Of a DNA stretch of 64,000 nt, positions 48,301 to 57,267 are shown in pieces (the stretch's first letter is position 1; the number at the start of each line of letters is the position of its first letter). The notes beneath the pieces were generated by a model. That model was not told the DNA's origin. It made no database searches and was given only the letters and a program-made list of their open reading frames with translations. Source of the DNA: a virus; IMG/VR virus record IMGVR_UViG_3300025892_000010; one strand, 5' to 3'. The translations under genes and the position numbers were made by a program.

Positions 48301-51300
48301 TAAAAATACTTTATCTATTCTTGATAGGTAATATTCAAAGTCAGCGGTTACATCTTCGCCAAATTTTACAACGTCTAATGAAGCGCCTGTATAACTTCTA
48401 TCTTGGTTACCTGAATTAATTGTTGAAGCGTCATTTACTCTAGGTCTAAAGTCTAATGAATCTCTTAATTGATATTCTTTACCTGATGTATCTGATACAT
48501 AACTTGGAATATTTTCATATTCAACAACACCTGAATAAGAGTCAACATCAAAATAATCTCCAGAACCGTGTGTAAAGTAATCAAACGTAATTAATAGTCT
48601 TCCAGTTGGTGCCAATGCACCTGGTTTTAATTTTATTCTTCCTACGTCATAGAAGTTATCTCTTTGACCATTGTCTAACTCAAACCTGTTGGTAACATCT
48701 GTATCTCCTGATACTGCGTCTGTACTAAAGTCAGCAGACATCTTAATAGAATCTAAATTTAGAATATCTGCTTTACCAAGTGAGATTATACCACTTTGTA
48801 TTTCTGATTGATTATTAGCTTGTTTAGTAGAATTGTTTTGTAATGTTTTTGTTTTTGAATTTGCTATTGAACGATTAACCGTAGCAATAATTTTTAAATC
48901 TGCGTCAGCATATGCTGTACCAAAATCAAAGTCTAAAGTTTTACCTGTTGGCGAACCTGATAAAGTAAAGATTGGGTTGCCGTTACCATTGTTACCAGTT
49001 AAACTTAAAATATTACCTGTTGCACCAAGAGAAGCTGAGTTTGCATTAATAATAGAAACAATATAATCTCCTTCAGATAAACTTGTAAACGTTTCATTAT
49101 TACCTGCTGAAATTTGTCCTGTACCTGAAGATAAACTAATAGAGAATTGTCTTCTTACTTTAAAGTTTGTATCAGATAGTCCAGAGTTTGAAGTTGTTTT
49201 TAATGTTTTGATTGCGTCATAACCCATTTGGAATATTGCAACATTTTTATTAGCGTCTTGTAGTTTAGCTCTTCTTCTAATTGCAAGAGCTGAAGATACT
49301 GCTGTAGCTGTAATTGCCTCACCTAATGTTAAACTAGTGTCTGATAAAATAGCTTCAACCGTTCTAGTTAAAGAAGCACCAGTTGTATTGTCAAAAGTTA
49401 TTGAGTCACCAACTTTTAATTCAGTTGTAAATCTAGTACCAGAACCGATTACTGCTGAACCTGAACTTGCAATACTTAAATTACCTGTTAGGGTTGCATT
49501 TTCTCCGTATGTAGCAGATAAAGCTGTGTCTGCTGTGTAAGTTGGTGTACCAGGTTGACCAATTTGTTTTACTGCTGAAAATTCAAAATGTCTTGCACCT
49601 TTCCAACCAGCAGCGTCACCTTGAATAACGGCTGTGTTAGATGAAGTGCCACCTGTAATTGTTTCGTTAGCAGAAAAGGCACCTTGAACATTTGTTAAAA
49701 CTACTAAACCGTGTTCAGCAGTACCACCTGTACCACCTGTGGTTACGTTAACAGCAGTTGTGCCGTTTGTACTATATAACTCAAAAGTGTTTGCACTAGG
49801 ATTTCTAACCGTGTAAACTCTAGCAGTTGAATCTGAAGCAGTTGAATCTATTGCCCAACCACCTATACTTGAAATTGTTACCTGTTGGCCTTCTCTAAAA
49901 TTGTGATTTGAAGCAGTCGTTACCACACCTGGACTTGCAGCTGAAACAGAAGTAATTGATACCGACTCAACATTTGAAACTGATTGTACAAAACCAGTTG
50001 CGTTAGTTGTACCACCAGTTATTTTTTCACCAGTTGTAAATGCTTGTGCTGTTGTAATATTTAAATGTGTAAACATTTCAATATCAAAAAGATAATTTTT
50101 GAATATTGTATTTGTAATTCCGTTAGATGAGAAAGTAAAATTAGTAGGCGAACCGGTTACGTATTCAAAACCTCTTGACTTAGCACGACCAATTGTATTT
50201 AAACTTGAAAGTAATCCGTTTCTTTCTGTTCCTCTATTACCACTTGCTGTTGCTAATTTGTATAAATTAACTCCTTTAAAAGCTTCAGTAGAACCTGATA
50301 CAAAACCTACATCTGGCGAACCAAACACATTATTTACATATACAAAATTACCTAGGTCAAATTTTGTACTAAAATTATTTTCTGTATCAAAGTCTCTTGC
50401 TTTATCTGCGTCAACATAAGTTGTTGTAAGAGTTTCAATTTCATAACCTTTTACGTATGCTTTTCCTGGAGATAAACCTAATGCTAGTTTAGTTTCTAAA
50501 CCGTCATTAGCTGATGTAAATATACCTCTGTTATTTCCATTTTTTAAATGTTCTCTAACTTCTAATTCAAAGTCTCTTACTGCATAATCACCAGATTCGT
50601 CATATGTTCTTCTAGCTAACGTATCTTCTAATACTGCATACTCTGTTGTTCTAACTTGGTTTTGTATAATACCAGATTTTAGTCTTAATAATTCTACAAA
50701 GTTATTATCTTCAGCAGAAGCTAATGCTAATTTTTTAAGTGTTAAATCTATTTTAAATCTGTGTGAACCAGGAGCATTTGTATTTGAAACTCCTTGAGCA
50801 TTATCATTTAGACTTGGGTCTTCATTAGGTGTCACAAAAGATTCTGCAACTTGTAAACCAATTCTATATGATGGTGTGTTTGAATATTTGTCTAGTATTA
50901 AAGTTTGTTCAATTACATTAACGTGAAAACCATTTATGTAATAAACACCAGCACCTACATATGCGGCTGAACCTGTAAAACAACTATCTATTACGGCAGA
51001 TACCGTGGTTACTTGTCCTTGTAAAGTTGTTGAAACTGAAATAGTTTCTCCAGCAGTAAACTTATCGGATGTACTATTTGTTCCTGAATCAACGTATTTT
51101 ACATATAAAGTATTTGGGTCAGTACCATCTGTAGCTGTTTGATTAATTACTTTTGCTTTTACGCCTGAAGTAGCACCTGTTAACTCTAAACCAACAAAGT
51201 CTGTTAAGGTAACGCCAACTGCTTGTGAATCTGTAAATGAAGTTAATTTTATTGAATAGTAATTTAAGTCATAACCAATTTCACCTGGAATGACCATAGC

Positions 51301-51480
51301 ACCCTTTTCAAATAGATGGTCAGAAACCCTTTCTATTTGGTTTTGTAAAATAGTTTGTGATTGTGTTAACTCTCTCGCTTGTACGGCAAATGCTGGTCTA
51401 AAAAGTATTCTATGAAACTTCTTATTTTCAGCAAAATCATCATAATAGGGCGAAAGGTTAAAATCAGTTGGACTTGGCAT
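45340..51480 (-). CDS. Large virion structural protein (VrlC/DUF4815-like)
   Basis: N..PYYDDF, LFRP..AVQARELTQ.Q, ARRTYDESGDY, DNGQRDNFYD, RFKNGF.VDNF, DPLAQTF, FKSQNGSTW. Confidence 0.85.
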   Translation of the reverse strand: MPSPTDFNLSPYYDDFAENKKFHRILFRPAFAVQARELTQSQTILQNQIERVSDHLFEKGAMVIPGEIGYDLNYYSIKLTSFTDSQAVGVTLTDFVGLELTGATSGVKAKVINQTATDGTDPNTLYVKYVDSGTNSTSDKFTAGETISVSTTLQGQVTTVSAVIDSCFTGSAAYVGAGVYYINGFHVNVIEQTLILDKYSNTPSYRIGLQVAESFVTPNEDPSLNDNAQGVSNTNAPGSHRFKIDLTLKKLALASAEDNNFVELLRLKSGIIQNQVRTTEYAVLEDTLARRTYDESGDYAVRDFELEVREHLKNGNNRGIFTSANDGLETKLALGLSPGKAYVKGYEIETLTTTYVDADKARDFDTENNFSTKFDLGNFVYVNNVFGSPDVGFVSGSTEAFKGVNLYKLATASGNRGTERNGLLSSLNTIGRAKSRGFEYVTGSPTNFTFSSNGITNTIFKNYLFDIEMFTHLNITTAQAFTTGEKITGGTTNATGFVQSVSNVESVSITSVSAASPGVVTTASNHNFREGQQVTISSIGGWAIDSTASDSTARVYTVRNPSANTFELYSTNGTTAVNVTTGGTGGTAEHGLVVLTNVQGAFSANETITGGTSSNTAVIQGDAAGWKGARHFEFSAVKQIGQPGTPTYTADTALSATYGENATLTGNLSIASSGSAVIGSGTRFTTELKVGDSITFDNTTGASLTRTVEAILSDTSLTLGEAITATAVSSALAIRRRAKLQDANKNVAIFQMGYDAIKTLKTTSNSGLSDTNFKVRRQFSISLSSGTGQISAGNNETFTSLSEGDYIVSIINANSASLGATGNILSLTGNNGNGNPIFTLSGSPTGKTLDFDFGTAYADADLKIIATVNRSIANSKTKTLQNNSTKQANNQSEIQSGIISLGKADILNLDSIKMSADFSTDAVSGDTDVTNRFELDNGQRDNFYDVGRIKLKPGALAPTGRLLITFDYFTHGSGDYFDVDSYSGVVEYENIPSYVSDTSGKEYQLRDSLDFRPRVNDASTINSGNQDRSYTGASLDVVKFGEDVTADFEYYLSRIDKVFLDKDGSFKIVKGASSLEPQVPKGLDSGMHLYTLLLSPYTLTPESVEIERQDNRRYTMRDIGKLEQRIENVEYYTQLSLLEQNAQSLQIQDADGFDRFKNGFVVDNFTGHGIGDVGNLDYKCSMDMSNGQVRPTFKEDAIQLRETDDKGFSDGSFITEQDRVSSNYQKTGDIITLPYTETTLVDQPFASKFINVNPFNVFTWIGSIDLDPPGDEWKETERAPDLLVNQNGAFDTMVQNLGNPNLAQVEMGTVWNEWQDMWAGQPVEGARRNIGGQIREQAFVRGAPRRVLQRQEITTIQQVNQTRTGIRSVLVPQVVRNSLGDRVINVAFIPFIRSRTVNFTGKRFKPNTRLYGFFDDQDVNQYITPTGGALGGNIISNAQGEVSGTFAIPDPTVDSNPRWRTGTRVFRLTASSTDDRNSQIATAGEVDYTARGTLDTVQETIVSTREPRLVRTNVNETRNIARTSTRTTTTQVGWWDPLAQTFLVDDPGGVFITSLDCFFQSKDANVPITLQIREVVNGYPSTTILPFGEVTLNPSSVNTSADSSVATTFTFPSPIYIQENVEYSFVLLANSQDYNAWVARIGENQINSNRTISQQPYAGVMFKSQNGSTWTAEQNEDIKFKIKRADFDIANTGKLTLGNDFLPSRTLKTNSLRTTQGFKKIRVSHPNHGMHGTINNVIIAGVPSGTYNGLASDDINGTYNSISNITLDSYEIESPSSTNATATGDIGGTAITATQNRAYDLLNLSIQTMTLPETGISYKLRPTTGKSVHGSETEFTRTSSANEFSVIANDNIYFTSPQYVCSRVNELQELNGALSLITQLSLTSSNTKLSPVVDLARISAVTVQNRLNSPTSSNHPDFVADTEPSGSSSAAIYCTRPISLENLSTSLDVRLTSVVRGTSEVEVYFRVSGGEETRKLDDLNWIPFNVSGEEDTPVAKSENSGDFKEYKYSQSGILEFNSFQIKIVMKGTNSSYPPKISDMRAIALAV

Positions 51481-51495
51481 AGTCTATAATTCCCC

Positions 51496-52956
51496 TTAAA
51501 ATTCTATTATCAACTTGATATTCTCTGTCTGGTCTGCCGCTCTCGTTATTGGTGCTCTGTTTTCTACATACAACACATCACCTGAATCGTGGTCAATTTC
51601 TGGCACAGAATATCCGCTTGCAATTACAACATTGTTTACGGTACCACTTGTACTAACAGGAGTACCTGAAGCACCTCCAGCACCTGTAATTACATTTGTA
51701 CCACTAAACGCTGTTTGGTTTCCATTTGCGTCAACGCCTTCATCATTATGTCTTGTTTGAACATAATATAATAATGAATTAGTTGAATCCCATTCTACAA
51801 CAATACCTACGGCACCTGTTGAAGCTTGAGTAATTTTTTCGTCAACGTTAAAAGAACCTGAAACACCAGTTAATTGAACTGCTTTAGTAGCTCTCAAGGT
51901 TACAGCTGAAGCAGCTGAACCACCTGATTGTGGGTCTCTAATTAAGCATACTCTTCTAAAGTCATTGGCAACTGAAACGTCACCAGAGTTAGCTGATTCT
52001 GTACCTTCTAAACTTACGTTTGTCATAACAAAGAAAGCACCTAATTCTTGAACTGCGTTAAATCCGTGTCCGCCTTTTGGTGGAATAATTACATCTAATT
52101 CTGCACCAACAAGGTTAGTTGCACCTGCTGAAACTATTTGAGCATTTGAAATTGTTCCGAATGTGTAGCCTGTACCTGCGCTGGTAACGTTTACAGCGGT
52201 TACAGCACCAGAGGTTACAACAACAGAAACTACACCACCAGTACCATCGCCTTTGATTGCGATACCAGTATGTGTTCCGTCTGCACCACCTGAACCAGCA
52301 GTTTTAATTTTTACAATATCAATTGCACCATCAACAGCATTTGATGATACTGAACTATTTGTAGATACTGCCATAAAGTCAGTTGATAAGAAATTTGATT
52401 GTTCAGAAGCAGAAAGTGTGTACATATATTTCCACTTATAACCATCAGCAGTAGATAGAATAGTTGAAGCATTTGTGCCTGTTGGTTCTACCGTTGAAGC
52501 TGTGTTATTATTATTATCTAAACATTTGTAAACATTTCTTGATGAATTCATAGCATAAAAATTTGTGTCAAATAAATTGAAAACACCACTATTTGCCGAT
52601 TGTTGAGTAGTTGTGCCAGTAATTCTATCTCCGTAATCGTGTCTGTAAATATCGTATGTTGTACCAGTTGTCCAGTTTCTTCTAGGTGCTACGAAAGCAA
52701 TGTCTGTGCTTGAAATTCTTTTAGCCGCCAATAAATCGTCATATGATATTGACATAGTATTATTGTTATCTGCTGGAGTTAATGGTATTACATCTGTACC
52801 TAGGTTATCTGTACGACCATCTGCTCTAGTAGCAGTATTGAATGGTGATGGTCTACCAATACCAAGATAGTAATTATTACCTGCAGCTTCAGAGAAAGAC
52901 TCTTTAAACTGCTCGGAGTTGTGAATTCTAAACTTATTTGTTATAATTGCTGGCAT
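51496..52956 (-). CDS. gp8: Baseplate wedge protein (T4 gp8)
   Basis: AIITNKFRI.N, YLGIGR, R.NW..GT.YD.Y, VYKCLDN, DGYKWKYMY, YVENR.PI.R..DQ.E.IK.IIEF. Confidence 0.9.
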   Translation of the reverse strand: MPAIITNKFRIHNSEQFKESFSEAAGNNYYLGIGRPSPFNTATRADGRTDNLGTDVIPLTPADNNNTMSISYDDLLAAKRISSTDIAFVAPRRNWTTGTTYDIYRHDYGDRITGTTTQQSANSGVFNLFDTNFYAMNSSRNVYKCLDNNNNTASTVEPTGTNASTILSTADGYKWKYMYTLSASEQSNFLSTDFMAVSTNSSVSSNAVDGAIDIVKIKTAGSGGADGTHTGIAIKGDGTGGVVSVVVTSGAVTAVNVTSAGTGYTFGTISNAQIVSAGATNLVGAELDVIIPPKGGHGFNAVQELGAFFVMTNVSLEGTESANSGDVSVANDFRRVCLIRDPQSGGSAASAVTLRATKAVQLTGVSGSFNVDEKITQASTGAVGIVVEWDSTNSLLYYVQTRHNDEGVDANGNQTAFSGTNVITGAGGASGTPVSTSGTVNNVVIASGYSVPEIDHDSGDVLYVENRAPITRAADQTENIKLIIEF

Positions 52957-52976
52957 ATTTTCTTTTCCTTAATCAA

Positions 52977-52984
52977 TATTTATA
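52977..52984 (-). promoter_or_regulatory. T4-type late promoter TATAAATA (upstream of gp8)
   Basis: Exact intergenic motif. Confidence 0.75.
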
Positions 52985-52994
52985 ATACTTTTCA

Positions 52995-54593
52995 CTATGT
53001 TATATTAATTGTTCCGTTCATTGAACCGTGGGCTGTACATTGGTAATAAAGAGTTGCTGGAGTATCCATAGATACGTGAAATATGATTGCTCCTGAAGAG
53101 CCTGCATTATTGGTAACTCCTGTATTATACGCTGTACCACCTGTACCTGTTGTTGATTGTATTCTAAATGGGTGTGAACCACCAGAGTTATTAATAAAAT
53201 AGTAAGTTTGACCTTTTTTCAAGTGTAATGCTGGATTATCACCTGAAGTTGAAGGGAAACCTGCACCTGTAAATAAGTATGCACTTGAACCATTTGCTGT
53301 GACTAGTAATTGTGAAACTGGTGTTGTTGCTTGTACCCAATTTGTACCATTATAAACTAATGACATACCTGCTGTTGGCGAACTATTTACTACATCTGAT
53401 AAATCGTTTAATGCACCTGCACCACCTGATATAGTAATTGTTTTTGTTGCACCTGTTCCTGAAGCGGTTACACCAGAACCTACGAAATCTAATTTAGTAG
53501 CAGCAGTTGATAAATCACCACCTTCATCTGCAACCGTTAATGATGAACCACCACCTGAATTTGCTTGTGCTTCAAAACGACCATTTGCTGATACCCATTT
53601 TAAAATATATCCATCTGCAATACCAGTTGTAAATACGTCAGCGTGTCTTGATACTGAATCATTCTCTGTTAAGATATTAATATAACCTGATTGTGTAGCA
53701 ACATAAGGTTTTAATTGTGTTTCATCTAAAGCAAATAAACCAGAGTATGTCGTTGCTGTAGGGAATGAAGCCTGATTAGAATAGTTACCTCTAACTTTAG
53801 AACCTGAACCAGTTGTATCAACGGTACCTGAACCTGAAAGTGAAGATGTGCCTGTTAAATTAAAATTACCTGCACTTGCTAAAGTACCACCTAAATTAAC
53901 TGAACTATTACCAATTGTTACCGAAGAGTTGGCTAAGTTTGCATTTGTGATACCTGCACTACCTGATAAGTCAGAGTTAGATAAGTTTGATACGTTTAGA
54001 GTTACCGTATTACCTGTGACTGCACTTGATACTGAACCTGTACCTAAAATAGATAATGTTTCTCCTAAATTTACAAAATCTGTTGTAGAAGTATTATCTC
54101 TAATTGTAATTCCAGGATTTGCAAGACCTGTATTTGGTATTGCTGTAAATGTGTTGTCTGCACCACTCATAGACTTATTAGTTAAAGTTTGTGATTGGTC
54201 AGTTGAAGCAAAGTCTGTTCCAGATATTGCTGTATTAAATTCTGTTAATGTACCTGTGATTGTATTGTTAGTTAGAGATATTGACTTATTAGTTAATGTA
54301 GCAGAAGCTGTTGCTGTCAATACTGAAGCATTAACTTTAATTTGAAATTTTCCACCTGTTACCAGAGTGTCAATACCTAGACCACCTTCAATTGTTATAG
54401 CGTCACCAATATTTTTTCTTAACGTTGATGAAGTATCATCAGCGAAATCAATGTAAGGTGTTAAAACGGTTCCGTTACCTACTGAACTATATAATTCATT
54501 AAAGTTATTGTTTATACCAACTGCACCGGTACGTAGGTTATCACCTAAACCGTCATTTGGACTTAAACCTGTATTAATTGTAAATTTTGCCAT
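52995..54593 (-). CDS. Baseplate-anchored fibre with gp9/gp10-like N-terminus and C-terminal cupredoxin-like domain
   Basis: IN.G..PNDG.GD.LR.G...IN.NF.ELY; TLTNK repeats; HPF...LYYQCTAHGSM.G. Confidence 0.75.
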   Translation of the reverse strand: MAKFTINTGLSPNDGLGDNLRTGAVGINNNFNELYSSVGNGTVLTPYIDFADDTSSTLRKNIGDAITIEGGLGIDTLVTGGKFQIKVNASVLTATASATLTNKSISLTNNTITGTLTEFNTAISGTDFASTDQSQTLTNKSMSGADNTFTAIPNTGLANPGITIRDNTSTTDFVNLGETLSILGTGSVSSAVTGNTVTLNVSNLSNSDLSGSAGITNANLANSSVTIGNSSVNLGGTLASAGNFNLTGTSSLSGSGTVDTTGSGSKVRGNYSNQASFPTATTYSGLFALDETQLKPYVATQSGYINILTENDSVSRHADVFTTGIADGYILKWVSANGRFEAQANSGGGSSLTVADEGGDLSTAATKLDFVGSGVTASGTGATKTITISGGAGALNDLSDVVNSSPTAGMSLVYNGTNWVQATTPVSQLLVTANGSSAYLFTGAGFPSTSGDNPALHLKKGQTYYFINNSGGSHPFRIQSTTGTGGTAYNTGVTNNAGSSGAIIFHVSMDTPATLYYQCTAHGSMNGTINIT

Positions 54594-54609
54594 ATCTATT
54601 TCTCTCTAC

Positions 54610-54617
54610 TATTTATA
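54610..54617 (-). promoter_or_regulatory. T4-type late promoter TATAAATA
   Basis: Exact intergenic motif. Confidence 0.75.
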
Positions 54618-54624
54618 ATCATTC

Positions 54625-57261
54625 CTATGGTGTTGTATCATCAAACGTTGCTGCCGTTGAACTAAAGTTAGTAACCGTGTTTGAAAAGTCATTTTTATTT
54701 GACGCAAACTCACTAGGTATTGAAAAATTAGTCTTTAAATTCTGACCATCAGGATGTGATGTTGCAATAAAAGTTGCTGGTTGACCATCTAGTCCTGTTC
54801 TAGTACCAATAATCTTAATATCATTAAAGGCTTCAACCGTAAATCCAGGACCTTTGAATATTGTTTGAATATTTTTATTTAAAAATGCATATCTTGGTCC
54901 TGCGTATGCGTGACCTTGTCTAACGTTATAAGTTTTTGTGTTATCAGGAATATCTCTTCTAACTCTACTTAAATAATCTAGGTTTGTATCTGACCTTAAA
55001 GTTAAATCTCTAGTATTAGCTGTAAAGTGTTCACTTGTTCTTGCGTCTGAATCAACTGCACCGGCTAAACGAGCATTTGGTCTCAATGAAGTACCATCAC
55101 TAATTGTTCCTAATCTTCTACCAAATATTGTAGAGAATAAAGTATTAAGAACTTGTAAGAATGGTGTCTCACTAACACCTGAAACTGCACCATCAACTGG
55201 CGCTCTCATTTTAGCATTTAGTCTAGTTGCAATATTAACTTGACCTGTAAAATAAAAACCTGCTGTGTGCATAGTCTTTTTAAAACTATCTCGCCAAGCA
55301 TTAATAGATTGACCAACTTTAATTACATATGAAAAATCTTGATAGTATAAACTATCTTGTACTTTCATTGTACTTTCTGAAAGTTTACCGTCTTCATTAA
55401 TAAAAGCACCATCTGTATCAATAATAGGAACAACATCAATGGTTGCAGCTGCTAAATTAATTTTTGCAACGGTAGCTGTACCTCCTGATGAAGTTGTTAA
55501 CGTTTCGTTTTCAGTAATTGCACCTGATACATTTTTTAATTTTAAAATATTTCTAGCACTATCTAATTTAACAATTATTCCTGTAGCACCACCAGAAAAC
55601 GATACCGATAATCCGTCTGAAAAAGAACCTGTAATAGATTTTAATAATACATTATTGATGAAACTTAAAGTTGGTGCTGGTGGTGTTTCATAACTTTTAC
55701 CAAACTCAACCGTTCTTAATGCATTAATTTTTCCTATACCATTACCATAAGCTCTAATAACACCATTAGTACCACCTGAACTTGTTATTGATAAAACAGG
55801 AGTTGTTTTGTATCCGTTACCACTATCTGATAAAAATACTTTTGTTATTTCGCCGATTGTAGTATCAGCTGAATTAAGAAAACCTATAACATTAGGAGAT
55901 GTTGTCGTACTTTCTTGAACTATATCATTACCTTGATATGCGTCACCAGAACAAGTTTCATCTTCTAAAATTATTTTAGCTTCAGTACCGTCAGGTGGAG
56001 CAATTGTACCATTTTGGTCAACTATACTACCTTGAACAACACTAACGAAACCGGCCGCATTTGCACCGAATGTTCCTGTATTATCAAAATTAATTTTATC
56101 ACCAATTGCATAACCTGAACCTACGTTATCAATAATTAATTCTTCTACTGAACCTGAACCAACATCTGAAATTTGAAATAATGCACCAACACCACCGGCA
56201 GTTACCGTCACGTTATCATTTAAATCATATAAAGCGCCAGCATTTGTAATTGTTTTTGTTCCAGGAATACCTGTAATATCTGCCTTAATAAAATAGTCAT
56301 CTGTTTCAGAAGCAGTACCAGAAACTTCTTCACCTACTTGAAAAGTACCAACAACACTATCTTGGTTTAGAATTAACTCTGTAACCGTTTCATCACCAAT
56401 TTGAAAACGTGATAAGTTTTCAATAACAGCAGTTGCTTTTGAATCTTTACCTGTAATTGTTCTACTAATTAATCCTTCGGTGTTTCCAACTTTTTCAATA
56501 ATTCTTAAAATCTTTAAAGAGTCATATTGACCATCTGAAGTTTTTAATAGTTGTTCTCTAGGATAAATTGTTTCTGATTTTTCATTAAATAATAATCTAA
56601 AAAATAATTCGTGACCTGCAGCCGTACCTTTAGCACGGTACATATTTTTAACGTTCTTAATTAAATTTCTTTTATTAACTTCACTATCTAATACTTCTGG
56701 TAAAGTTGCTAAGAATTCATTTCTAAAATTATTTAAGAAAGATTCAATTGCTCTATCGGGGTCTCTAAAGTTTACAAGGTCAGAAATATTATTTACTGGA
56801 TTAGGTCTGTAATCTGTAATAGTAGCAGAAGCTTTTGATGTTTGTCCTTCAACAATTTCATCTGTAAGAAACTTATCGTTAGAAGATATGAATAATCTAC
56901 TTTGACCTAAATCTTCAGATAATACTTTTGCCTCTGCACCTGAAGTTAAACCTTTTACGGTTTCACCTACGGTAAATTTACCGTGAGTTGTTTCTTCTAA
57001 TAATATTTTATCGCCTTCATCAATATTAGTTATTGCACTACCTATTCTAGTAGCGTCATATACTAAATTGTTTTCTTGGCCTGTTTCTGTTTCAATTAAA
57101 ACACCAACGGTAGTTTCAACATCTTTAACTTTTAATTCTGCTGATTCTAATAATTGATAATAAGATTTTAAGAAGTCTGCAAACTTCGGATGGTCTGCAA
57201 CTATAAACTCTGGTAATTGTGCGTTGAGTATTGTTGATATTTTTTCATTAAACTTTGCCAT
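54625..57261 (-). CDS. gp7: Baseplate wedge initiator (gp7-like)
   Basis: QLPEF...DHP.F..FLK.YY, Y.AKGT.....LFFR.LF, QDS.YYQDFSYVIK, H.AG; located between gp6 and gp8. Confidence 0.8.
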   Translation of the reverse strand: MAKFNEKISTILNAQLPEFIVADHPKFADFLKSYYQLLESAELKVKDVETTVGVLIETETGQENNLVYDATRIGSAITNIDEGDKILLEETTHGKFTVGETVKGLTSGAEAKVLSEDLGQSRLFISSNDKFLTDEIVEGQTSKASATITDYRPNPVNNISDLVNFRDPDRAIESFLNNFRNEFLATLPEVLDSEVNKRNLIKNVKNMYRAKGTAAGHELFFRLLFNEKSETIYPREQLLKTSDGQYDSLKILRIIEKVGNTEGLISRTITGKDSKATAVIENLSRFQIGDETVTELILNQDSVVGTFQVGEEVSGTASETDDYFIKADITGIPGTKTITNAGALYDLNDNVTVTAGGVGALFQISDVGSGSVEELIIDNVGSGYAIGDKINFDNTGTFGANAAGFVSVVQGSIVDQNGTIAPPDGTEAKIILEDETCSGDAYQGNDIVQESTTTSPNVIGFLNSADTTIGEITKVFLSDSGNGYKTTPVLSITSSGGTNGVIRAYGNGIGKINALRTVEFGKSYETPPAPTLSFINNVLLKSITGSFSDGLSVSFSGGATGIIVKLDSARNILKLKNVSGAITENETLTTSSGGTATVAKINLAAATIDVVPIIDTDGAFINEDGKLSESTMKVQDSLYYQDFSYVIKVGQSINAWRDSFKKTMHTAGFYFTGQVNIATRLNAKMRAPVDGAVSGVSETPFLQVLNTLFSTIFGRRLGTISDGTSLRPNARLAGAVDSDARTSEHFTANTRDLTLRSDTNLDYLSRVRRDIPDNTKTYNVRQGHAYAGPRYAFLNKNIQTIFKGPGFTVEAFNDIKIIGTRTGLDGQPATFIATSHPDGQNLKTNFSIPSEFASNKNDFSNTVTNFSSTAATFDDTTP

Positions 57262-57267
57262 TAGTCA

